Both the position numbers and the translations under genes were made by a program. Below the pieces are notes generated by a model. The model had not been told where the DNA came from, made no database searches, and saw nothing but the letters and a program-made list of their open reading frames with translations. From assembly GCA_018714575.1 (NCBI GenBank), contig DVNF01000078.1, positions 1 through 27,425 of the forward strand: a stretch of DNA of 27,425 nt, read 5' to 3'. The DNA is from Candidatus Stercoripulliclostridium merdigallinarum (GTDB taxonomy: Bacteria; Bacillota; Clostridia; Christensenellales; DTU072). This document shows, piece after piece, positions 9,004-16,292 of the stretch (position 1 is its first letter; the number at the start of each line of letters is the position of its first letter).

Positions 9004-9032
9004 ATTATATAATGCTTTTAACGAATTGTAAA
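9004..9032 (-). promoter_or_regulatory. Sigma-A promoter of the rnf operon (TTTACA-N17-TATAAT), 7 nt before the ATG
   Basis: Minus strand reads TTTACA attcgttaaaagcatta TATAAT gaaaaag ATG. Confidence 0.75.
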
Positions 9033-9039
9033 TACCCAA

Positions 9040-9067
9040 TTAACTCTTAACGCTTAATGCTTAACGG
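9040..9067. repeat. Four tandem 7-bp repeats (TTAACTC TTAACGC TTAATGC TTAACGG)
   Basis: Read directly from the sequence; starts 8 bp upstream of the rnf -35. Confidence 0.85.
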
Positions 9068-9080
9068 CTGTTGTCGCTAT

Positions 9081-9106
9081 AAAACAAATCCGCCCGAAAG
9101 GCGGAT
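9081..9106 (-). terminator. Intrinsic terminator after the mreB-like gene
   Basis: ATCCGCC-TTTCG-GGCGGAT followed by TTGTTTT on the minus strand. Confidence 0.8.
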
Positions 9107-9150
9107 CGTATTCGAAAATCGATTTATTAATTTTATATTACTTTTTTATA

Positions 9151-10134
9151 TTACTTTCCTACCTGGCGCAATATGCCGGAATATCTTTCTTCGGAAATCA
9201 GTCTTGCCAAATTCCTTACCATAGCGGTATCGGGTTCGGAGTCTATCCTGACGGGTATACGCAAACCGCGCTGTAAATAATCGCTGAGCCCGTTCATCTT
9301 TGCGCCGCCGCCTGCCAAATACAAGCCGTTTATTCTGACTTCTTCCTGACGTTGCCTGGGCAGCGAAGCCAAAGTCGTTTCTATAATATCCAAAATACGC
9401 GAATAGCAATAATGTATCGCCGGAGCTATCTGGGTCGCGGATATTTCGATGGACTTGCTCCTTAGATCCAAAATATCCTGTCCTATCACCGAAACCGCCG
9501 AAGTGTCCACCGTATACAGCGAACCTATCGCGCACTTTACGCGCTCCGCGGCAACGGAATCGACTTTGAAATTGCGGTTTTGCAACAGAACGTTTTTGAT
9601 TTTTTCGTCCAAAGCGTCGCCGCCTATATCTACCGTAGCGGCAGTAACTATGCCGTCCGCATTGACTACGCCTACGTCGGTGACACCCGCGCCGAATACC
9701 GCGACCATTGTGTCGCCGCCGTCGAAACGCGGTAAAAAGCAAAGCACCGATTCTATCAAAGTGACGTCCCTGTACCCCGCCGAAGCCACCGCTTTTTCCA
9801 AATTCTCGCGTTCGACGATACTCAGCCCTGCCGGTACGGGCACATATATTTCAACGGCTTTGAACAAATTTTGAGGAATGAACTTTTCGAATAATTTTTT
9901 TAAAACCAAACCCAGAACGTCGGGTTGTTTGACGATACCGCCTTGAACGGGGCGCACCAACACCGAATGGTCGGGTAGCGCGCGCAAATTCATAGCTTCG
10001 TCGCCGTAAGCCAAAACTTCCGTCGTCCTGCCGCGCCTGACTACGGCTACGTTAGGTTGCCTGTATAACACGGCGTCCCCGTATACCGTCAAATATCCCG
10101 AACCCGGATCGATTACGAACTTTCTGGTCTGCAT
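9151..10134 (-). CDS. Divergent MreB/Mbl-like actin-family protein
   Basis: IDPGS (phosphate 1), RPVQGGIV, VPVPAGLSIVERE..EKAVASAG, IGGDALDEKI, AERVKCAIG and LAGGGAKMNGL (adenosine motif) align collinearly with MreB. Located downstream of maf. Confidence 0.88.
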   Translation of the reverse strand: MQTRKFVIDPGSGYLTVYGDAVLYRQPNVAVVRRGRTTEVLAYGDEAMNLRALPDHSVLVRPVQGGIVKQPDVLGLVLKKLFEKFIPQNLFKAVEIYVPVPAGLSIVERENLEKAVASAGYRDVTLIESVLCFLPRFDGGDTMVAVFGAGVTDVGVVNADGIVTAATVDIGGDALDEKIKNVLLQNRNFKVDSVAAERVKCAIGSLYTVDTSAVSVIGQDILDLRSKSIEISATQIAPAIHYCYSRILDIIETTLASLPRQRQEEVRINGLYLAGGGAKMNGLSDYLQRGLRIPVRIDSEPDTAMVRNLARLISEERYSGILRQVGK

Positions 10135-10226
10135 ATGCGTTTTCCTAAGTATATCATTACGTTTTATCGGTTTCGGTTACTCCGTTTCAATTTTCGGATA
10201 CCCGAAACGATAACGCTTTAATCTTT

Positions 10227-10802
10227 TTAATTGCACCTGTTTTCGGACGGATATGTGTTTTCAAAGCCCGTCAGCTGCGACAGCTTTTCTAGCGGCAGTC
10301 CGACTATATTCGTGTAACTTCCCGAATACCCCTTTACCAACACTCCGTCCTGCACGGCGTAGGCTCCGGCTTTGTCCAACACCTGATGCGTAGATACGTA
10401 CTCCCGTATATCTTTTTCGGACAACGCCTTGAAAGTTACTTTCGTTGCCTCGGTCGCCGTGGAAACTTCGCCGTTCTTCATAACTGCGACCGCCGAATAC
10501 ACGGTATGCGTTTTCCCGGACAATTCGCTTAGCATTCCGATCGCCGCAGATACGTCGCGCGGTTTCCCGTAATATTTCCCGTCCATATACACCAAAGTGT
10601 CCGAAGCTATCACGACGTCGTAATCGCAAAACTCGGGCTTTGCGGCGTACAGCTTTCGTAAGGCGATCTCCGTAACCGTTTCTTCCGGAGTCTTTCCTTT
10701 AAAATTTTCGTCCGCCGAAAAAGCCTTTACGTCGAATTCCGACGTCAGGTATTTTAACAGCTCCCTTCTCCTGGGGGAGTTGGACGCCAACAATACGCGC
10801 AC
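10227..10802 (-). CDS. maf: Maf/YhdE nucleoside triphosphate pyrophosphatase
   Basis: LASNSPRRRELL, IASDTLV, GKP, DKAGAY and NIVGLP motifs. GTG start overlaps the ppx stop (TAGTG). Confidence 0.95.
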   Translation of the reverse strand: MRVLLASNSPRRRELLKYLTSEFDVKAFSADENFKGKTPEETVTEIALRKLYAAKPEFCDYDVVIASDTLVYMDGKYYGKPRDVSAAIGMLSELSGKTHTVYSAVAVMKNGEVSTATEATKVTFKALSEKDIREYVSTHQVLDKAGAYAVQDGVLVKGYSGSYTNIVGLPLEKLSQLTGFENTYPSENRCN

Positions 10803-12313
10803 TATAAGATCTCCAGGTTCTTTTTAAAGGCGCGTTTAAATTCGCCCAAAGCTCCCAAAGCGTCCTTTATCTCCAGCGTGCAATCGCCTTCGGACTTCGT
10901 CTTCATAATGACGGAATCGCCCAATACGTCGCAGGTGATCCCGACGATTACTCCGCCGCAGCTGCGGTCGAAACATTCTGCGATCCTGACTATGACTCCC
11001 AATTTCCTGACTGCGGAAATTTCTTCTTCGGTCAACAGCTCCAGATACTTTTGGCAATCCAGCTGTTCCAGACCGTCTTTGTAATGCAACGCCGCCGCGA
11101 TAGCGCCCATTATCAGATCCTTTTGCGGAATGCCGTACAGGTTGGAATTCAGGATCATATACATCGAATGTTTATGGTGATCGTAAAATTTCAAAGCCTG
11201 TCCTATGTCGTGCAACATAGCCGCCACGCGCAACACTTTGACGTAAGGACGCGGCAGTTTATGTATGACCTTTAATTGCCTGAACAGTTGCATGGACAAA
11301 TCGAATACGTGCTCCGCGTGTTGGATATTCATATCGAAATGGTGCAACAAAGTGTAGATCGAATGTCCCAAAATGTCGCTGATCGGTTTTTCGGAAACCG
11401 ACGGACAAGCGTAACGGAACATGGCTCCTTCGCGCAGTCCCGCACCCGAAATTATTATTTCTTCGAATTGCGAAACGTAGTGTTTGATTGCCTCGATTAC
11501 CGAAAGCGCGGCGGGGAAAATATCCGCTCTGGCGCTGGACAGTCCCTTTATCCTCATCAATTTTTCGGGAGGCAGCGGTTTTATCGTGTCGTATATAGTT
11601 TCAAACTCGGTAAAAGAAATGTGGTAATTGTGCGCCATATCCAAAGGATAGCGTTTCAATCTTCTGCTGATCTTGCCCAAGTTTCTAAGGCTGCCGCCTA
11701 CTCCGATCAATTTTGTTTCGGGATCCAGCTCCTTTAACCAAGGCAGCTGTTCCAAATGTTCGGTAACGAATTGAACGATGGCGTTTTGCGCTTCCTCGGG
11801 GCTGAATTTATTGAACTTTTCGCTTAGCGTGACTGCGCCGAACGGCAAAGTATCCTGCGCTATCATTACGCGTCTGTTATAATAGATCATCTTTGTAGAA
11901 CCGCCGCCGATATCGACGATCAATCCTTTCGGCACGTCCATCGAGTTGATTACGCCCTGATACACGAACATAGCTTCTTCTTCCTGGCTAAGCACCTGCA
12001 ATTTAATTCCGCAAGCGCTTTGCACCTCGTCTATGAACGATTTTTGGTTTTTGGCGTGCCTGACAGCCGCCGTAGCGTACGCGAAAACTTTGGCTACGCC
12101 GTGAGATTCGTACAGCGTGCGGAAAGTCTTTAACGTCTTTATCGTCTGCTGCATTCTGATAGGACGTAAGAATCCGTCGATTTCCATATCCTGCGCCAAA
12201 CGGACGGGTTCTTTCAACTCGTCGATGACAATGAAATGCCCCGTGGGCATAATGTCGGCGATTACTAATCTAGCCGAGTTACTTCCTAAATCGATAATAG
12301 CAATTTTAACCAT
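10802..12313 (-). CDS. ppx: Long-form Ppx/GppA exopolyphosphatase-family protein with C-terminal HD domain
   Basis: IDLGSNSARL, ATAAVR, EEEA, DIGGGST, GVGGS, GLREG, then HAEHV...LHDIG...HHKHS. Confidence 0.92.
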   Translation of the reverse strand: MVKIAIIDLGSNSARLVIADIMPTGHFIVIDELKEPVRLAQDMEIDGFLRPIRMQQTIKTLKTFRTLYESHGVAKVFAYATAAVRHAKNQKSFIDEVQSACGIKLQVLSQEEEAMFVYQGVINSMDVPKGLIVDIGGGSTKMIYYNRRVMIAQDTLPFGAVTLSEKFNKFSPEEAQNAIVQFVTEHLEQLPWLKELDPETKLIGVGGSLRNLGKISRRLKRYPLDMAHNYHISFTEFETIYDTIKPLPPEKLMRIKGLSSARADIFPAALSVIEAIKHYVSQFEEIIISGAGLREGAMFRYACPSVSEKPISDILGHSIYTLLHHFDMNIQHAEHVFDLSMQLFRQLKVIHKLPRPYVKVLRVAAMLHDIGQALKFYDHHKHSMYMILNSNLYGIPQKDLIMGAIAAALHYKDGLEQLDCQKYLELLTEEEISAVRKLGVIVRIAECFDRSCGGVIVGITCDVLGDSVIMKTKSEGDCTLEIKDALGALGEFKRAFKKNLEIL

Positions 12314-12337
12314 AATCCTAACCTCTGTGTTACATTC

Positions 12338-13285
12338 CTAGACGACGTTTATAGGGTCCCCTTGTAAATAAGCGCGTAGGTTATCGGCAGCCTGTTTCAT
12401 CAATCTGCCTCTGGCCTCGGCGGTCGCCCAGGCTGTGTGCGGAGTTACTATTGTATTTTTTGCGGCGATCAGCGGATCGTCCGCTCTGGCAGGTTCGGTA
12501 TCCAATACGTCTACCCCTGCGCCGGCGATCCGTCCCGATTCGATGGCGGCAGCCAGATCGCTTTCGACGATCAGTCCGCCCCTTGCCGTATTTATAACGA
12601 TCGCGTCCCTTTTCATCTTTTTGATGGCGGAGGCGTTTATCATGCCTTTGTTTTCTTCCGTCAGCGGACAATGTAAAGTGATTATATCCGATTCGCCGAA
12701 CAATCTGTCCCTGTCCGCGTACTCGAATCCGTCCTCCGGAAGTCTTTTCGTTCTGGTATTGACCAACACCTTCATTCCGAAAGCCTTAGCCACTTCCTTT
12801 ACCCTTCTGCCTATCGCGCCGTAGCCGATAATTCCCAAAGTCTTTCCGTACAGCTCCTTCAGTCCCTCGGGATAGTAGCAAAAATCGGGAGCTTTCGCCC
12901 AATCGCCGCCCTTTGCCGACGCGGACTGACTGCCTATTTTGATATACAATTCAAGTATCAGCCCGAACACGCTTTGCACTACCGATTCGGTACTGTAAGC
13001 GGGAACGTTCGTGACGGTGATACCTTTTTCGTGACAGGCGCGAATATCTATATTGTTATACCCCGTAGCCAAAACGCCGATATATTTCAGGTGCGGCAGT
13101 TTTTCGGTCAACGGTCGATCGATAACGCATTTATTCGTGATCATGACCTCGGCGGAGCCCATACGCGAAACGATCTCCGCATACGGAGTCCTGTCGTAAA
13201 CGCGCAAATCACCCAGCGCCTCGAAAGCCTTCCAATCCAGGTCGCCGTGGTTTAAACAATATCCGTCCAGAACTACGATCTCCAA
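12338..13285 (-). CDS. D-isomer-specific 2-hydroxyacid dehydrogenase (glycerate dehydrogenase/hydroxypyruvate reductase-like)
   Basis: GIIGYGAIG Rossmann motif, LHCPLT, NTARG (Arg), TEP (Glu), PHTAW (His). TTG start after GGAGGAG. Confidence 0.92.
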   Translation of the reverse strand: MEIVVLDGYCLNHGDLDWKAFEALGDLRVYDRTPYAEIVSRMGSAEVMITNKCVIDRPLTEKLPHLKYIGVLATGYNNIDIRACHEKGITVTNVPAYSTESVVQSVFGLILELYIKIGSQSASAKGGDWAKAPDFCYYPEGLKELYGKTLGIIGYGAIGRRVKEVAKAFGMKVLVNTRTKRLPEDGFEYADRDRLFGESDIITLHCPLTEENKGMINASAIKKMKRDAIVINTARGGLIVESDLAAAIESGRIAGAGVDVLDTEPARADDPLIAAKNTIVTPHTAWATAEARGRLMKQAADNLRAYLQGDPINVV

Positions 13286-13321
13286 ATAAAGCGCTCCTCC
13301 CGAATATAGTACCCTACACTA

Positions 13322-13350
13322 ATAATAAAGCAATTCCAAGTCAAAGTCAA
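13322..13350 (-). promoter_or_regulatory. Sigma-A promoter of the dehydrogenase-ppx-maf-mreB-like operon (TTGACT-N17-TATTAT)
   Basis: Minus strand reads TTGACT ttgacttggaattgctt TATTAT; the -35 hexamer is tandemly duplicated. Confidence 0.7.
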
Positions 13351-13378
13351 TACCGAATATTCCGCGAGCATAAAAATA

Positions 13379-13428
13379 AGGCACCCCTGGTCGGTTTATT
13401 GCGCTGAAGCAGTAAACCGACCGCGCCT
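13379..13428 (-). terminator. Terminator-like hairpin after the DUF1508 gene
   Basis: GGTCGGTTTA/TAAACCGACC perfect 10-bp stem, extended to about 14 bp with a 6-nt loop. TTATTTTT follows the outer stem on the minus strand. Confidence 0.65.
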
Positions 13429-13470
13429 GAACGTCGTTAAAAAAGCGTATTTTGATCTATTCTTTTTCGA

Positions 13471-14301
13471 TTATTTCTGTGCCTTTACGGTGTCGTCGGA
13501 GATGTTATGGAACAGCGCCACGTTGGACACCGATTTCGTACCGTTTATGCAGTTGGCTTTGGAGGTATATCCCTGCGAAGCTAAAATGTTGGAAGTATTC
13601 GACGCAGTCAACCTGAAACGGAACTTATTTTCGCGGTCACGGTACACTACGAACACGGGTCTTCCGATAGCCGGAGCATAATCTACCTTAGTCGAATCGA
13701 TTATCTTTGCCTCGGAAACGGCTTTGACCACTGCGTTTATACCGCTTTTGCAAGCCGATTTGGTGGTGTATCCTTGGGAATGCCCCACCGTTTCGCCGTT
13801 AGAGGTTTTAAAGCGGAAACGGTATTTACCGCCGTTATCTATGTATATTTGAACGGTTCCGGGGCGTTTCGCCGCTTCCGGAGAATAGATATGATCGGTA
13901 AAGGAGCTTTCCTTTTCGGCAGGTTCGGGTTCGACGACGGGTTTTTCCTCGGGTTCCGGTCTGGGAGCTTTTTTCCTGGGTCTGACGACTACGGAATCGA
14001 TGTCGGAAGAATTGTATTTTACCGGCAAACGCATCATGAAATTGGATTTTGCGGCGTCGGACACTTCGTCTTCCGGAGTAAGCTCCATGTTATCCACGTC
14101 GATTTCCAACAAATCGTCGTCCGACGCGGTAGGTACCTTAGCGGGCTCCGGCAAATTTTCCGATTCCTTTGCCTGCTTTTTCTTCTTCGCGCTTTTTACC
14201 GCGACGGCAACGATTATTATCACCGCTATCAGCGCGACTGCCGCGCCGACAACGTACCACAGATTATAACCGGTGTTGAAAAATTCGATTATGGCGTCCA
14301 T
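13471..14301 (-). CDS. Membrane-anchored protein with two C-terminal DUF1508 (YegP/UPF0339) repeats
   Basis: TM helix (WYVVGAAVALIAVIIIVAVAV) plus basic stop-transfer, a charged Pro/Glu-rich linker, then YIDNGGKYRFRFKTSNGETVGHSQGYTTKSAC and YRDRENKFRFRLTASNTSNILASQGYTSKANC. Confidence 0.82.
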   Translation of the reverse strand: MDAIIEFFNTGYNLWYVVGAAVALIAVIIIVAVAVKSAKKKKQAKESENLPEPAKVPTASDDDLLEIDVDNMELTPEDEVSDAAKSNFMMRLPVKYNSSDIDSVVVRPRKKAPRPEPEEKPVVEPEPAEKESSFTDHIYSPEAAKRPGTVQIYIDNGGKYRFRFKTSNGETVGHSQGYTTKSACKSGINAVVKAVSEAKIIDSTKVDYAPAIGRPVFVVYRDRENKFRFRLTASNTSNILASQGYTSKANCINGTKSVSNVALFHNISDDTVKAQK

Positions 14302-14322
14302 TGCTTCCCTCCCGGGTGATTT

Positions 14323-16149
14323 TTATCCCCTTCTTTCTTTCATTACTTCGCGCATCCTGAGTTCGTGATTCAAAATTTTCTTTCTGATCCTCAGGCTCTT
14401 AGGCGTGACTTCCAACATTTCGTCGGGTTCCAGGAATTCGATACATTCTTCCAAAGACAGGATCCTGGGCGTTTCCAACCTTAACGCTTCGTCCGATCCT
14501 GCCGCTCTCATGTTGGTAACGTGTTTCTTTTTGCAAACGTTGACGGAAATATCTTCCTGCTTCGGCGAAAAGCCCACCACCATTCCGGCATAAACTTCGG
14601 TGCCGGGAGTAATGAACAAAGTACCTCTGCCCTGGGCGTTGAACAGTCCGTAAGTGCATGCTTCGCCCGTTTCGAAAGCTACCAACGCTCCGTACGGACG
14701 GCGCGGCATTGTGCCCTTTAACGGAGTGTATCCTTCGAATACGCCGTTCATGATGCCTTCGCCGCGAGTTTCCGTCAAAAAGTCGCTTCTGTATCCCAAA
14801 AGTCCGCGTTCGGGAATTACAAACTCCAATTTAACGCGCGAATTGACGGTAGTCATATTCTTCATTTCGCCCTGTCGTCTGCCCATGTCCTGTATGATCG
14901 TTCCGACATGTTCCTGCGGTACGTCTATATACAGTCTTTCCAAAGGTTCGTTGACTACGCCGTCAATGACTTTGGTGATGACCTTCGGGGTGGAAACCTG
15001 GAATTCGTACCCTTCGCGGCGCATGTTTTCGATAAGTATCGACAAGTGGATCTCTCCGCGGCCGGAAACGATAAACGAATCGGCTTTGTCGGCGTCCTCT
15101 ACCCTGAGGGATACGTCGCGCAGCAGTTCCCTGTACAATCTTGCCCGCAGGTGACGGCTGGTCACGAATTTACCTTCTCTGCCGGCAAAAGGCGAATCGT
15201 TTACGGAAAACATCATCTGTAACGTCGGTTCCGAAATTTTCACGAAGGGCAACGGCTCGGCGTCTTCCGGAGCGCATACCGTTTCGCCTATCGTTATGTT
15301 TTCGATACCGCTGAAGGAAACTATATCGCCTACCTTTGCGCTTTCTACCGGGATCTTATTCAAGCCCGCGAATTGATATATATTTGTGATTTTTGCTTTG
15401 GTAACGACTCCGGGGTCGTGGTAGTTGCATACCGCGACTTCGGTATTCGGATGCATAACGCCGCGTTCGATACGGCCTATAGCCATTCTGCCGACGTAAT
15501 CGTTATAGTCTATCGAGCTGACCAAAACTTGTAACGGAGCCGTTTCGTCGCCCTCCGGAGGATCGATATGCTCCAGGATCGTTTCGAACAACGGTTTCAG
15601 GTTGACTCCCGGCACGTTGGGCGAATAGCTGGCTACTCCCGCCCTGCCCGAACAATAGACTATCGGGCTGTCAAGCTGTTCGTCCGAAGCGTTCAAGTCT
15701 ATCAACAGCTCGTACACTTCGTCTACGACTTCGTGCAATCTGGCGTCGGGTTTATCGACTTTGTTGATACAAATAATGACTTTGTGGTTCATTTCCAACG
15801 CCTTTTGCAACACGAAACGCGTCTGCGGCATCGGACCTTCGTAAGCGTCGACCAACAACACTACGCCGTTTATCATCTTCAATACCCTTTCTACTTCGCC
15901 CGAAAAGTCGGCGTGCCCGGGGGTATCGACTATATTTATTTTTACGCCGTTATACATGCACGACGTATTCTTTGCAAGTATGGTTATCCCTCTTTCGCGC
16001 TCCAGGGGGTTGGAGTCCATGACGCAGTTTTCGACGACTTGGTTCTCGCGGAAAACTCCGCCCTGTTTCAACATCGCGTCCACCAACGTAGTCTTGCCGT
16101 GGTCGACGTGCGCTATTATCGCTATATTTCTTAAATCCGATCTGATCAT
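14323..16149 (-). CDS. typA: Ribosome-associated translational GTPase TypA/BipA
   Basis: AHVDHGKT, RGITILAK, DTPGH, NKVD, GRGEIHLSILIENMRREG and NVCKKKHVTNMRA motifs. Confidence 0.98.
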   Translation of the reverse strand: MIRSDLRNIAIIAHVDHGKTTLVDAMLKQGGVFRENQVVENCVMDSNPLERERGITILAKNTSCMYNGVKINIVDTPGHADFSGEVERVLKMINGVVLLVDAYEGPMPQTRFVLQKALEMNHKVIICINKVDKPDARLHEVVDEVYELLIDLNASDEQLDSPIVYCSGRAGVASYSPNVPGVNLKPLFETILEHIDPPEGDETAPLQVLVSSIDYNDYVGRMAIGRIERGVMHPNTEVAVCNYHDPGVVTKAKITNIYQFAGLNKIPVESAKVGDIVSFSGIENITIGETVCAPEDAEPLPFVKISEPTLQMMFSVNDSPFAGREGKFVTSRHLRARLYRELLRDVSLRVEDADKADSFIVSGRGEIHLSILIENMRREGYEFQVSTPKVITKVIDGVVNEPLERLYIDVPQEHVGTIIQDMGRRQGEMKNMTTVNSRVKLEFVIPERGLLGYRSDFLTETRGEGIMNGVFEGYTPLKGTMPRRPYGALVAFETGEACTYGLFNAQGRGTLFITPGTEVYAGMVVGFSPKQEDISVNVCKKKHVTNMRAAGSDEALRLETPRILSLEECIEFLEPDEMLEVTPKSLRIRKKILNHELRMREVMKERRG

Positions 16150-16150
16150 A

Positions 16151-16209
16151 TTATTTCTGATTATTTCTGATTATTCCTACTTTTCCTGCTTATTCCTGTT
16201 TATTCCTGA
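16151..16209. repeat. Six tandem ~10-bp repeats directly upstream of the typA ATG
   Basis: Sense (minus) strand: TCAGGAATAA ACAGGAATAA GCAGGAAAA GTAGGAATAA TCAGAAATAA TCAGAAATAA t ATG. Confidence 0.92.
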
Positions 16210-16292
16210 CAATTTATACCCGATTGAATACCTGTTTGATTGTTCCCCTTTATCGCCGAAACTTTCGTATCCGGGCGAATCGTTTACAATGT

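Noticed and set aside
9015-9032. Possible Rex box overlapping the rnf -35 (TTTACAA-TTCG-TTAAAAG on the minus strand)
   Set aside because: Only 9 of 14 positions match TTGTTAA-N4-TTAACAA, which is too weak in AT-rich DNA without a PWM scan.
16151-16209. Repeat array considered as a CRISPR array
   Set aside because: Units are 10 bp, contiguous and have no spacers. No cas genes are present.
16250-16280. GAAA-capped imperfect hairpin after the FN3-like gene
   Set aside because: Bulged stem with no U-tract on the sense strand. It cannot be supported as a terminator or RNA element.
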